A DNA stretch of 63,840 nt, filler included, from Craspedostauros australis (GCA_030167865.1; 16 parts of 16 records of this genome joined end to end with filler, not necessarily neighbours in it), one strand, 5' to 3'. Counted from the first letter of the whole stretch, positions 35,665 through 48,444 are shown. A program made the numbers and translations. The notes: generated by a model not told the origin, from the letters alone.

Positions 35665-38600
35665 ATGACGCCGATGCCTCTCACAGGAGTCACACCCAAG
35701 AAGACCTCCACTACCACAGTCTCCGCAACTGCTGCAACGCCAGCAGGATCACCAGCAAGGAGAACAAAAGCCGCACCCTGGGTGTCATCTCCATCGTCGC
35801 CAACACGCACGCGGCTATCGTCATCCTCGTGCTCACTCTCGTGCTCGCCCACACAGTCCCCAGCATCGTCCGACGTCGATTCCTTCTCCTCCCTCGCATC
35901 GCCCTCCACTCCGAAGCGGTTGGGGTTCAGGAACAGGTCTTCGCTTCGCAGGAGGTTGCAATCGCCATCCACGCCTGCGTCTGTGTCTGAACGGCCCGCA
36001 ACAACCACCATGAAGTCCCCCTTGGCACCCTCCCGCCCCAAGCCAAAGGTGGCCGGTTCCTCCGGCGGCGGCAAGCTCTCCGGCTCGGCCAACAACCCCC
36101 TGAAGAGCGACCCCGTCCTCATCCAGCTGCTGGACCGCCTCGACGCCGTCGACTCTTTCGATCAGTTCGACACCTGGAAGGAAGAGTTCCTGAACCAGTT
36201 CGAGACCTACTTGGGCGACTCCTCCAAATCGGAGGAAGCCTCGGCCGCCTACCAGACCTTCCGCGACAACCGCATGGAGAACATCGTCAAACGCGTCAAG
36301 CGCGCCGCGACGCACGTCGACGACGGCAGCCTCAGCACGGACCGCGTCTCGGTGCGCGCGCGCAACAACATGAACGAGCTCAGCGTCGGTCTGCAGGCCA
36401 CGGGCAAGGACGTCCGGGCCTTGGCGCCGCCCACGACGCAGGACGAGTACCAGTGCGGCTACAGCAAGTACCACATGGGCGCCGTGCTCGTGCGCGACGG
36501 ATTTCAGGAGTACGAGCGCCTCACGGTGTGCAACGACATTCTGCGGCGGTTGAAGGACACCTGCATAGACGATATCGGCGACGACAAGCTGCTGGGCGCC
36601 ATGGTGTGGTACAACGAATCCATCAGCCAGTTCGTCACCGTCATGGAAGATCTGGGGCTGTACCAGATCATGCTCAAGTGTCAGGAGTTCGATCCCAAGA
36701 AACGGCCCCGCGATTCCAAGCCCAAGGAGCCGGCGCCGCCCGAGCCGCAGCCGGAGGAGGTCAAGGAGCCGGAACCGCCCAAGCCAGTCGAAGACCCAGC
36801 ACCGAAGAAACCCGAACCGAATTTAAATGACAGCGTGGAGTCGCTGGAGGTCGGCGATCTGTCGGAAGCGCCGGACGAACCCGTCGTGCAACAAGCGCCG
36901 ACGACGCCCAATCGCAAGAACCGCAAGAACTACGACGTCAGCGGCAACTGGGGTTCGATGAGCTTTTCGGATCTGCCCGAAAGTCCCGGCAGGCTGCGCG
37001 CGGCCAATCCCCCGGGCTCGGCGAAGAAGAAGCAGACGAAGAAGATGAAGAAGAAGAAGACGGAGGGCAAGTCGCCCGATAAGGGCAACTACACGCCGTC
37101 GCGCAAGATCAAGACCAAATCCAGAAAGTCGGATAGCAACAGCTCGTTGCCCAAGTTGGATTTGGACGATCTCGAATCTTCATCGACGCCGCCGCCCAAG
37201 CCAAAGGGCGAGAGCAACAATGACAGCAAGGGCAAATTGACGGAGGATAACGGAGATTCTCCGTCGCCGCGTGCGGCCAAGGCAAGATCTCAATCGCCCG
37301 GAAAGAAGCTTGGCGATGGCAACGACAGCAAATCGAATGGCCTCAACGGCGACGGCGCACCACCCACACCGAGGACCGCCAAACGCAACAGCGCCACTGT
37401 CACGGTAGAGAAAGACACGCCGCGCAGCCGCAAGGAGAAATTCGAGTGGAAGTCGATCAGCGCCAAACCACGCATGGCCGAATCGCATGCCGCGGCCAAG
37501 AAGGCTGCGAAGGGCGGCAGCAGTGATGGCACCAAGAAGGTGCCCAGAACGCCCAAAAAGAAGCCACCCAAACTGCCACCCAAGGCCCCGCGCGAATTGA
37601 AGACCAAAACAGAGGGCAGCCGCTGGTCCATGCCCATGGATCTCAGCGCTAATCCGGATGAGGTTTGGAACCGAAAATCCAAGCCCATCATGCGACCGCG
37701 CAAGTCGAAGACGGCGGGATCGAGCGCCAGTGTCGGAGGGAATGCGACGGATGATGATGAATCGATCAACACGGCAAGGACGGAACCTGTGATTCCACCG
37801 TCTTTCGTTTCAGCGGGACAGCCAGGAACCGAGGATGATTCGGTCAAGGCATCCATCACGGTCCATACGACCGTCACGACGACGACGACCACCACGACGA
37901 CGAAAAAGAAATCCTCAAGTGGTCCAGCATCGAATGGTGACAGTGGTCCAGGCGATGGTATTCCCGAAGCGATCGAGGCCAACGGTGCCAACAGTGACAA
38001 CGAAAAGGATGGACTCGATGATGCAGATGCAGATGCAGATGATAAAAAGAACGAGAACGAGAAGGAGGAGAAGGATATTGACGACGAGAACGGTGATGGC
38101 GAGGGCGACGCCGACGTCGACACTGAGAAGAATGACGACCAGATTCTGCCAACGTCGTTGCCCAGCATCCCGTTCGCTGAAGACCAGCCGCCACCCGCAG
38201 ATGATGGAGACGAGGATGCCGATGATAAGGCCAATGGCGATGAAAATAGAAATGGTGACGGCGAAGAAAAGGTGGAAGAAACGACCAAGACCAAGGTTGA
38301 GGTGCATAAGGAGACTCGCACTGAATTGCATTCAATGCCAGCATCACCTGACAAAAAATCAGCAGGCGCTGCACCAACCGATGGAGACAAAGATGAGGGA
38401 GATGGTGCAGGAGGCGAAGCAGCAGCAGCAGAAGAGAGCGAAGCAGCTAAGCGCGACCTTCAACCTGAGGCTGACGCACAGCCGGCGCCTGCGGAGGAAC
38501 TGGCATCGGTGCCCGCACCAACCCCAATGCCAGCCGTGGCACCAAGGGTTCTGGAAACAATCGGCGCACTACCGACCAAACCCGAATCTCGGGGAGACGG

Positions 38601-39873
38601 CGCTGGCGATGGCACAGGTTCGGTGGTATCGGAAGATGACTACACGTACGTGGAATGCGAAGATGATGTTGGCGACGATGACGAGGTTACAGTGTCCACG
38701 GAACTCTACGAGGCGATGCAGTCAGAACAGCTGGGCAGTGATGGGATGGATGACGACTCTCTTGCTTCGCCAAAACAAAGACGATCCAACACCATCGCGA
38801 AGGGGGCTGGTCCACCAAAGTCCATCGAAGGGCTGCCACCACGCCCACCGCGCCTGCCGCCAACAGGAGCGCCACCCCCGTCGTCATCATCGTCGACCAC
38901 GAAATCAACAGTCACCACCACAACAACAACATCGGTCAAACGCAAGAAGGCGCCAATGAAGCACTTCTTCCATGGCAACGAAAAGCCGGTGGACGAACCG
39001 GAAGTGGTGGAAAGCACGGAGATCGTCGACACCGTGGAAGAGAACAGAGAGGCCATGGACGAATTCCACGAGTTCGGCGGTCTGAACCTGTCTGTGCGGC
39101 GGCTGACATTCTGCAGCGTCGACGACTCCGTCGACCCTAAATTGCTGGGCATCCTGAGCATGTGCTACCCGCTCGTGGAATGGGCCGTCCTGCTGCGGCC
39201 CGACAAGATGGGTCAGCCGCGGTACGCCTCGTTGGATTGGATGCAGCAGCTGTCGGCCGTCGCGGGCAAGTCCGGCGGCGAGATGAAGCTGGCCGCCCAC
39301 CTGTGCGGATCGCTGGTCGACGATCTGCTGCGCGGTGACGATGCGTTCCTGTCGCGGTTGCCGGATATGGGATTCCAGCGCGTGCAGATCAACGCGACGG
39401 CCATTAACGGCGTCGACACGTACCAGATGGATAAGTACGCGTCTAACGTGCTGAAGATCGCGCAGCAGCATCGCAAGATCGAGCTGATCGTGCAGCAGAA
39501 CGAGGAGACGCGGCCGCTGTGGGAGGCGATGCTGGCGGTCGGTGGCAAGAAGCTGCCGTACAACGTGACGATGCTGGTGGACGAATCGAAGGGTCGCGGC
39601 GTGATGGCGGACGGTTGGAAGAAGCCGCCGCCGCGCAGCAAGTACCACATTGGTTACGCCGGCGGGATCGGATTGGGCGGACGGTCGATGACGAAGATGA
39701 CGTTCCAGAGCATCCTGAAGGCAAGGGACGGTAAGCCGGTTTGGGTGTCGATGGAGACCAGCCTGCGGAGCACCGTGAACGGCAAGGACATGTTCGACAT
39801 CTCTAAGTGCTACCAGATCATCGATGCCGCCACGCAGTGCGGTATTCACTTGCATCCGAACTTCGTGGCCTGA
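35665..39873 (+). CDS. ~1400-aa protein: helical domain, long disordered linker, C-terminal PRAI-like TIM barrel
   Basis: Uninterrupted ORF; C-terminal VEWAVL...PRY...AAHLCG...RVQIN...DESKGRG...GYAGGIG...WVSMETS...FDISK. Alternative start at 36010. Confidence 0.85.
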   Translation: MTPMPLTGVTPKKTSTTTVSATAATPAGSPARRTKAAPWVSSPSSPTRTRLSSSSCSLSCSPTQSPASSDVDSFSSLASPSTPKRLGFRNRSSLRRRLQSPSTPASVSERPATTTMKSPLAPSRPKPKVAGSSGGGKLSGSANNPLKSDPVLIQLLDRLDAVDSFDQFDTWKEEFLNQFETYLGDSSKSEEASAAYQTFRDNRMENIVKRVKRAATHVDDGSLSTDRVSVRARNNMNELSVGLQATGKDVRALAPPTTQDEYQCGYSKYHMGAVLVRDGFQEYERLTVCNDILRRLKDTCIDDIGDDKLLGAMVWYNESISQFVTVMEDLGLYQIMLKCQEFDPKKRPRDSKPKEPAPPEPQPEEVKEPEPPKPVEDPAPKKPEPNLNDSVESLEVGDLSEAPDEPVVQQAPTTPNRKNRKNYDVSGNWGSMSFSDLPESPGRLRAANPPGSAKKKQTKKMKKKKTEGKSPDKGNYTPSRKIKTKSRKSDSNSSLPKLDLDDLESSSTPPPKPKGESNNDSKGKLTEDNGDSPSPRAAKARSQSPGKKLGDGNDSKSNGLNGDGAPPTPRTAKRNSATVTVEKDTPRSRKEKFEWKSISAKPRMAESHAAAKKAAKGGSSDGTKKVPRTPKKKPPKLPPKAPRELKTKTEGSRWSMPMDLSANPDEVWNRKSKPIMRPRKSKTAGSSASVGGNATDDDESINTARTEPVIPPSFVSAGQPGTEDDSVKASITVHTTVTTTTTTTTTKKKSSSGPASNGDSGPGDGIPEAIEANGANSDNEKDGLDDADADADDKKNENEKEEKDIDDENGDGEGDADVDTEKNDDQILPTSLPSIPFAEDQPPPADDGDEDADDKANGDENRNGDGEEKVEETTKTKVEVHKETRTELHSMPASPDKKSAGAAPTDGDKDEGDGAGGEAAAAEESEAAKRDLQPEADAQPAPAEELASVPAPTPMPAVAPRVLETIGALPTKPESRGDGAGDGTGSVVSEDDYTYVECEDDVGDDDEVTVSTELYEAMQSEQLGSDGMDDDSLASPKQRRSNTIAKGAGPPKSIEGLPPRPPRLPPTGAPPPSSSSSTTKSTVTTTTTTSVKRKKAPMKHFFHGNEKPVDEPEVVESTEIVDTVEENREAMDEFHEFGGLNLSVRRLTFCSVDDSVDPKLLGILSMCYPLVEWAVLLRPDKMGQPRYASLDWMQQLSAVAGKSGGEMKLAAHLCGSLVDDLLRGDDAFLSRLPDMGFQRVQINATAINGVDTYQMDKYASNVLKIAQQHRKIELIVQQNEETRPLWEAMLAVGGKKLPYNVTMLVDESKGRGVMADGWKKPPPRSKYHIGYAGGIGLGGRSMTKMTFQSILKARDGKPVWVSMETSLRSTVNGKDMFDISKCYQIIDAATQCGIHLHPNFVA

Positions 39874-40842
39874 GATCTTTAATTCAGAGAGCGGGTGAAG
39901 AGAAAGAGAGGGAGACATCGATCACTGTACGAATGTTAAATGCATGTGTGCAACGAAGTGAATTGAAGTGAGCTGACATGAATGGGGCGTGGTGCGATGA
40001 AGACTACTCTAATGACACATGATTCATAACTAGAGTTATTTGAACGAATGATTGTGGAGAGGCAAGATGCAGCTGCGGATAGAGCCATGATCTATCCTCA
40101 ACTATCCTCTTGATAAGGAGACCAAACGTGTATTTCCGTCTTGGGGGCTTGGGTATTGCAGGTCCATCGATCGTATAATAAATATGAAAAGGAATAACTT
40201 GGGTACGTATGGCCATGACGCTCCGTGGCCTTCATGCTCTGAATCCGCTCTCTTACCTATCTTCCTTGGACTGCTATGGCGGGCATTCGTGCACGTATCG
40301 GTGCGCGTACTTGTACCAAGATCAAAGGAACAGGCGGTTGTGTCTTGTTTGGAACCGTCAGTCATTCCATCCGCAAAGATACGATGGTCATTTTTGGGAA
40401 GAACGGAAACGTGAAAATTTGGGATAGGAAACGGATGATTTTGTCACTTCGGATTGTGACTTTTGGTGTCGGAGTTGTCACAGAGAGCTTCAGAAAGTCA
40501 TGATCTGGGTTGTGTCGAGTTTCTCCTTTCTCTGTCTTTGATCCTAACGCTCTGTGGGCGAGCACGAATCAGCGACACCTCTCTGCGTGTGTCTGTCTGC
40601 GTGTGTGATTGAGATCGGGCAAAGGCGGATCATAGCGACACATGTGCGACCTGTGAAACGCATCAAGGAGAGAAGCCCTCTGAAGACGATCAGCAGCACT
40701 GTTCTCTTGTGCTGAGCGTGCATCAGAGCCCCAGAAGGCATCCACCATTGTCTCCAAACAAGATCCTGCTTCGCCGCATTTGAAGCGACAGAACCCAAGC
40801 TGCCCCACTGTCAGCATCAGCAGCACCGACAACACTGTCACC

Positions 40843-42222
40843 ATGGCCGCAACGACCGAAGAATCGAAGGACGAGCGACCGCTGCCGCGCGGCGCCGCCA
40901 GGATACCGCTGTGGTGGATGGAGATCACGCCGCACAACGTGCTGGACCTCGAGGAAGACGAGCGCAAACGCGACGAGGAGGAGAAGGAGGCGCGCATGTT
41001 CGCCGAATTGGCCATGCAGGACGACAATGCCCAGCGCGATCACCAAGATGCGTCTGCTTCTCCTTCATCTGTAACTGCCCGGCAAGGCCGCGGTGGATAC
41101 ACCCGCGGAACCTCGCAATGGAAGTCCGCCGTCGACGCGGCCGTGGATGGCCGGCAATTCAAGGCAGGCCACACGCCGCGGGGGTACCAACCAGGACAGT
41201 ACGGCCAGCAGAACGCCAAGACGGGTCCCGAGTACCAGACCAAGAAACTGCGCAGCCGGCCCGGCGGCATTCATGCGTCGTCGAGCGGCGGTGCTGCTGC
41301 TGACGGTCCTGGCCAGTCCGGCCTCTCCACGCCGCAGTACGGCGACAAGGACATGACCTGGTCCAAGCCATCGTGGACCAAGATCAAGCTCAGATCCACG
41401 TCGACGGGCAGCGCCATTCGCAAAGGCAAGTACAGCGACAAGACCTTTCGTGGCAACGGCGACGTCAACAACTCCATTCAGGAGGACTCCGCCGCTGCCG
41501 AGGACAAGCCGCAACCAAAGACGCCGTCACCGACCAAGGAAGCCCCGGCGGACGACAAGCCTTCTGTGGCCACAGCACCTACAGTCGCGGTAGCTGCAGG
41601 TGCGGATGACAACGACGATGATCCAAAGCCCGCCGAGGACACCAAGGACACCAATGCCGATGATGTAGAAGACGCCGACAACAACAAGGACGACACCAAC
41701 AACGAAAACAACAAGGACGACAGCATCGGCCGATTCGTCAAGCGCGTGCGACGGAGGAAGGTCGAGAAGAGGAAGCCCAACAAATCTGACAGCAGCGGCG
41801 ACGACGCTTCCGTCGATACGGACACGGAAGCACCGACATCTCCGCCACCGCAAGACAAGCCCAAACTCGAAGACCAGCTGTCACCGAACCGCCTCAAGTC
41901 GCGTCCACCTCCACCACCAGCACCGGCCAACAACGACAACGAACCGGCGTGGGTCAAGATGCGCCGCGAACGCGAACAGCGGGCGGCCGCGCCCGAGTAC
42001 GAGGAGGAGTACTACACGGACGAGGAAGAAATCGACGACGACGACGAAGAAGAGTACGTCGAGGAGATCATCATTGAGGATGAGGATGGCAACGAGATCG
42101 TCGCCGGTAACGGGGGCATGGACGTCAGCACGCACGATGTCACCGATTTGCAGACCGCGCTTGCCAAGAAGGCCAACGAACTCAAGTTGCTCGAAGAGCA
42201 GCTCAAGATGGCGCCGGCGTAG
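40843..42222 (+). CDS. Low-complexity protein with WSKPSWTKIKLRST motif, polyproline, acidic tract and coiled coil
   Basis: 459-aa ORF with CACCATGG context and strong coding bias. Confidence 0.8.
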   Translation: MAATTEESKDERPLPRGAARIPLWWMEITPHNVLDLEEDERKRDEEEKEARMFAELAMQDDNAQRDHQDASASPSSVTARQGRGGYTRGTSQWKSAVDAAVDGRQFKAGHTPRGYQPGQYGQQNAKTGPEYQTKKLRSRPGGIHASSSGGAAADGPGQSGLSTPQYGDKDMTWSKPSWTKIKLRSTSTGSAIRKGKYSDKTFRGNGDVNNSIQEDSAAAEDKPQPKTPSPTKEAPADDKPSVATAPTVAVAAGADDNDDDPKPAEDTKDTNADDVEDADNNKDDTNNENNKDDSIGRFVKRVRRRKVEKRKPNKSDSSGDDASVDTDTEAPTSPPPQDKPKLEDQLSPNRLKSRPPPPPAPANNDNEPAWVKMRREREQRAAAPEYEEEYYTDEEEIDDDDEEEYVEEIIIEDEDGNEIVAGNGGMDVSTHDVTDLQTALAKKANELKLLEEQLKMAPA

Positions 42223-43157
42223 GTACATACCGTAGGTACATACTCTACGAGAATGCATGATGGACCATGACACTCAACTAACATACACTCATATCTAATG
42301 CACGCAGTTCATATAATACCATATCACACGCGGGTTGCACTTGTAGATCAAATGGGACTAGATCAACTTTACCTGACGTGTCACGCGGAATGTGATGCGT
42401 TTTGTCGGCGCGGTCTCCTTGTTGCAGTTGCGCACTCTCCGCTGCACCAGATCCATTGCGCTAGGCGATTCGCACAACCTGCGATGCATAATCCTGGCTC
42501 TTCGCTGGAGAAATCCGTGACGTGTCATTGCGTTGCATTCGCTCGTTGCAGCAACTCCATGGCGATCATCACGTTGGAGCCCGATCGCATCACATCCAAG
42601 ATGGTGAGACTGCATGGCGAAGCAAGCCATGCTCTGCTTTCCGATTTTCAGTCCGCTCTCCATTGCTGTGCCGTTAACATTCGTGCGCTTCGATGGATGA
42701 ACGATGCGTTGCGTGCGATCGAGTTGGAACACTTCGATTTGGTGCCGGACTGAGCGACAGCACGCCGCACTGTTGCATCGACGAATGCGTCGGCTCTTTG
42801 TCCAATCTGTTCCAGCGGATCGTCTCTCATTGCAGTTGCGGCAACGCTGAGATGGAATCAAGTCGCAGGAGCATTGCAGCAATGCATGTTGCGGTCCTTG
42901 AGATAGGTCTTGCAGAGCCTGCAGTCGGATACTGACGTTGAGTTGTGTCGAGCAGAGCAGGATAACATCCTTTGTATTCTCAACTCAACTCAATTTGCCT
43001 CACGTCGCCTCGCCTCAGCATGGAAACCATCCTGATTGTGTGTCGCAACGCTCCTGGATTCTGCAGGATGACGGGCATACTGGTGTGACAGTATCAATGA
43101 CGTCAACAGCTGCGCAAACTCTCGCTGGGATGGCAGCTGGGAGTGTGGGCGTGCTGT

Positions 43158-46100
43158 TTAGAACGGACGTGCTCCATGAATGTTGCTCGAGTGGTAGTCC
43201 CCACCGGAACCGACGAAGAAACCCAAACCCGGACCGCGTTCCTTTGGTTCCGGTTGCTGCGAGATGAAGCTGGCGCGGCTGCCACCGAATTGGGATCCCA
43301 GATAGCTGTCTGCCCCCACGCTGCTGGCGTCATCTGCGCCGGCGTAGTTTGGCAACGGCGCGAAGCTCGGAATGGGCATGCGAGAAGCACTGGGAGGGAC
43401 CATGGCGTTGGCGTTGGCATTGCCCATCTCCGGTTCGGGGTGGTTGAAGCCTCCGTTGTAACGTGGGTCGAAGCGAGAATCGTGTTGCTTTTCTCGGCGT
43501 CGGCTGCGTCCACTGGGACGGAAACCAGGGGCTGTCTGCCCACCCCGACGGCGATTCTCCCAACGACCGTCCCAGCCTCCGCGCGCCAATGCCGTGAATG
43601 CATATCGCGAGTCGCTTGCCGGGTTGCGACGCGGGCGGGCGAATGTCATGAAGCTGGGTTGGAGGTTTTTGAGCGGTCCTTCCACCAAGGTTTCGTGCTC
43701 CTTGAAGTGCAGCAGCAGCGCCGCCCAGAGGGCGTTCTTGCTGAGCACACGCGGGTTGCCCAGCAGGATGAGACCAAGCCGGGCACGGGTCAAGGCAACG
43801 TTCAAACGGCGGGGATCGGAAAGGAAACCGATGCTCTGTGACTCGCTGGAACGCACGCACGACACGAGGATGAAGTCCTTCTCACGACCCTGAAAGGCAT
43901 CGACGGATGCGACTTCGATGCTCTCGTACAGAGAACTCGCCAACGCACCCATGCGGCGCATGTAGTCAGACACGTACTTCTTCTGCCCATCGTAAGGTGT
44001 GATGACTCCAATTTGAGACGACGTCACACCCATGCGCAGCAGATGCGTGGCGATCTTTTCCACGTACGAAGCCTCCGTGCGATTGAGGTAGGATGTGCCG
44101 GATGCGGAAATCTCTTCCATGCCAGTGATTGAGTAGAAGAACATGGGCTTGCTGGGAACGGGCCATGGAAAGTCCTCCTTACCAGCGTATCCCGGCGTGT
44201 TGAGCAGTTGCCGATCTGACTCCGTGACTCCGTTCTGCAAGCTACCTTCGTAAAACATGTTGGACGGGAACTCGGAAAGCGAGGGATGCATGCGGTATTG
44301 CACCTGCAGCCGGATGGGACGGTTGCCGATCAGCACGAGGCGTTCGAAGAGACTCTGCGTCAACCCCGCCTTGGCTGCTGTCTTGCACATGACGACGGGG
44401 CCGAGCTGACAGTGATCTCCAACGAACACGACCTGCTTCGCACCCATCACGATGGGAATCAACGCCTCCGCTTCGATGGCCTGAGTGGCCTCATCAAGCA
44501 GCACCTGTCGGAAACGGAAATTCTTCAACCGCGGGTCACCAGCTCCGACGCAGGTGCAGCAAATGACGTCCGCGGCTTGCAGGATCTCTCGCTCGGTCCT
44601 CATGCGAAGGGATCGGTACTTACGCTGATCACGCTCGGAGAGATCACCGATCTCATCCTTCAGCAGTTGCAGCTTGTTGAACTCGTCTCCTGCAGCGAGC
44701 GGAACCATGACATGCAAGCAAAGATGATCCACAGAGCTGTTGGTCGCCTCACGCGTCTTCGATGCAAGTCGCACCACACGCAGTCCCGTTGCGGCAATCT
44801 TTTCCGTGAGCTGATCAACGGCCACATTGGATGGCGCCGTGACCAGCACTTGTCCCATGTTCTGCTTTGTCAGGTGGTACACCAAGGTTGCAGATGTCAC
44901 TGTCTTACCACTGTTTACGCGAGGGTAGTTGTTTCGTTTGTGTGTGGATCGTTGTCGATCGTTACATGCGCACATGTTACGGAGTAGAGCAGAACAGAGG
45001 GGTATTCAACGTCAGGGCGAGTGGAGCAGTTTGGCTGTGAGCAAATCATGACCAAATCATGACTAAATCATGAGCATACCATTAGCATTGTATGGGCAAA
45101 GCACCGCCAACAATACAAGCATACATGATGGTCACAGTCTCACTCATCGCATTCCGCAGTGCAGATATGCACACCCATCCACACATGCAACCAACCAACC
45201 AACCAACAATGAAAAGTGCATTGCACTTACGTTCCGGGCGGTCCTTGGATGAGAGACAAGGGACGTTGCAAGACGGCGGCAACGGCCTCAATCTGCGATT
45301 CGTTGAGCGGTGGCAATCCTGGCACGGCATAAGCGTCCTTGGAAGCTGGAATGCGTGCCGTGGCAATGCGCTGTTCCTCGACTTCGTGTCCCAGCAACTT
45401 GTGGTAGATGTATCCCGTGACGCTGGTGTCATCGATCGCAAATGTTTTGAGCGCGTTCTGCATGCGGTCGTACGAGGTGGCCTTCCAGATGTACTCGACG
45501 ACGTAATCATCGAGGATTTGATCCGGCACGGAGCCGGTGGCACGCAGTTCTAACTCGACTTCGCCGTCCATGATGGCCTTGACGTAGCCGACGCCCTCCC
45601 ATGGCTTTCCGAACATGAAATGCGATCCCTGGCCGAGCTTGAGACGCAGTTCGTCGCCGACCATGATCCTGGACTGCTCGATGTTCAAGCGGTGGAAGCT
45701 GAAGGTGACGACGTGCTTGCCGGCCAGCGATTTATCCCAGCGAAGGCTGACGGATTCCTCCGTGAGGGATTCCTTGATCTGACGATCGTAGTCGGCCTCC
45801 GTCTTGACGAGGGGCGCGAGGATGTTCTGGTAGTGGAATCCATCCTTGTACTGCAGCAAGGTCGGTTCCATCTCCTCCTCCAGATCCAGCTCGGGACGAT
45901 TGAGATCGGCGAACTTGGCATCGGGCTCCTTCTTCCAGAGCTCCTCCATCTGCGTCATTTGCGATTGCGAGATGTCACGGGCGCGCAGGAGCAGCTTGTC
46001 ACCTGGCTGCTTGACCAACCAGGGCAGGAACTTGCGATCCTGAATGAGCGGATGCCACTGCGACAGCTCCCAATCCATGTCCTTGAGCGCAGGCACGGTC

Positions 46101-46594
46101 TCGACGCAAACGCGGCACAGCAGGACCACGACGCTGGCGGCGCTGGCCGGCACGAATCCCAGGACGAAGGCATTCCTGGAAGCGCAGTTGTAGCATTCCA
46201 GCACCGTGTCGCCCAGGGGCGATTCGGGATGCAGCTGCACCTGATGCGATCGTGATCGCACGAGATGGTGCACGAGGTGGGAGCCTCCGCTGCCGACCAC
46301 CGCATTGCAGAACCATTTCTTCGTTTCGACGCACTTGGCGACGCAGGATGGATCGTGGATTCCGCAGTAACGGCAGGCGTACTCGGGCAGGTTCTCCTCA
46401 TCATAATGGTCCATGGCGTACAGATGATCTTCGTCATCGCTTGACACATCGGACAATGATCCATCTTCGTCATCATCGTCGTCCTCATCATCGTCCTCAT
46501 CCTCGTCGTCATAGTCGTCCGATTCATCCCCTTCCTCCTCGTTCTCTTCGTTCTCCTCCATCTCGTCTTCGTCGTTGTACTCGGTGATCGTCAT
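43158..46594 (-). CDS. UPF1: Regulator of nonsense transcripts 1 (UPF1); exons 46594-45231 and 44910-43158
   Basis: CH domain ([14 protein letters not shown]); splicing the GTAAG...CAG intron restores [48 protein letters not shown]. Confidence 0.97.
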
Positions 46595-48444
46595 GTTGCG
46601 TGTGGCAGTCGTATGGTAGTAGGAGTCGTCTGCTGTCGCTGTCAGTGCTGTCCCTATGTGACTTGTGCGAGAGTGCTGCCGTCCACTTGTGCACAATGAA
46701 TCGCCCACCGCGGATCTCGCCGAATGCTTGCGACCGTCAAAACAAGCAGAGCACAGTTCTGTGGAACTTTGTCTTTATGGTCCTCGACGCTTCTGAGAAG
46801 AAGCTGATGTATTGGTATGGTGCTACCCGAGTGTATAGTAGTACGACCCACGAGTATTGTCAGTGCTCATGAATGCTCCAACGCACGGTGTGCCTCCGCG
46901 ATGATCATGCCGACACGATGGGACCGTGTGCCTCATGATGGGCGCAGATGAGATTCTCCGGAACTGTTGGCGTTGCTTCCACGTTTGCCGGCTGCGCGAT
47001 GGGAAAAATACGACTCCATCCCGACAACGACAGACCAAATCGACTGTTGTGACTACTCCAAGCATGATTCAACCGACCAAACGAAATGAACATGACGTCA
47101 TCGAGGACCAATGTGATCAGAAGGTCATTCCTCAACAACCGAAGATCCAGACGACGACACGCATTGGTGACGCGCGGAACGAGAACAACACGTTGGAAGT
47201 TCGAAAGACAACGCAATTGGTTCGCGTCATGACACACCAACAACAACCAAACAACAAACGGACGAAACTGCAAATGAAGGTCATCATGTATTGTTGCCAC
47301 ATCTTCTGAAAGGGTAGGTAACGAAGGGGTATCGCTGAGGACCGTGGGGTCGACATGGTGGCGGTGCGGTTGGACACAGCAATGATGATGCGCGGTTGAT
47401 TGAATGGCATGGGCGAGGATGCTGTGGAGATGCGTGCGCGCGAGGGAGCAGCAAGATGACATGGATCTTCAACCGCATGATGATGACGGAATGACGGGAG
47501 GATCTTGCTCTTCGAATCGGGTGGAAAAAGATGCGCAACGATGCGCACAACACACGCGCAGATCAAATCCTCCTCCTTTGCATTTCATGCCATCATCTGC
47601 CGCCTGCTGCAACGCAATGCTCTCCCTGCAATGCCGACAGAACTGCGAGCAGGACACAAAGCAGTCGCAACCGTCACAAAGATCCCAGCATCAGCCATGA
47701 CCAGACAAATGAACAAGCAGTGCAATGGAATGCGATGCAATGCAATGATCAACACCCACACAAACGCACGCGTTCCTACTTGCGACAGGGCACCATCCAA
47801 GCCCGTCCGGTTGATGGTTTCAAGTTTGTTTGCGCTTGTTGGACGCTGTTCGCAGCGATCACGCGTGAACCTTGTTATCTCCTGGATGGGTATCCCCATG
47901 ATGGTGAAACTCTTACTAAGGGACGCCATATCAGTGGCTCTCTTCCTCGAACTCGCTTCGGGGGAGGCAGTCAGCGCAGCCATTTGAGTATGCTCGCATT
48001 TCTTCTTCCATAATGCGTGGCATAATTCGGCCTTCGTGCACATCTTCATTGCAATTGCAACAGCAACTGTGGCTTCAACCGCAACTGCAGGTTGCTTCAG
48101 TTCTGGCTTGGTCTGGTCTGATTTGATCTGCTGTCATTGTTGTTCAACGCCCGCACCCACCACATGCATGGGCATACCCATCTCATCTCATGCAGATTCA
48201 TCGGTCGCGCAGTTTTCTTACTCGACATATAAATTGCTCACGCATGTCCTCGTCTCATTTCATTCTCATCCATTCTTTCTCTCCTTCTCCATGACGAACT
48301 CATGCCCATGCCATCGTCAATGCCGACGTCAACCACCACAACGTACAAAATCTGAAATGCACAACGCCAACAATGAAAGACTCTCGCATTCCTCCACTCC
48401 ACCACCACTTTACACACTTCAAGTAAAAATCGGATACTGCAAAA

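Noticed and set aside
47585..48180. 154-aa minus-strand ORF
   Set aside because: In-frame stop upstream, no motifs, no supporting evidence.
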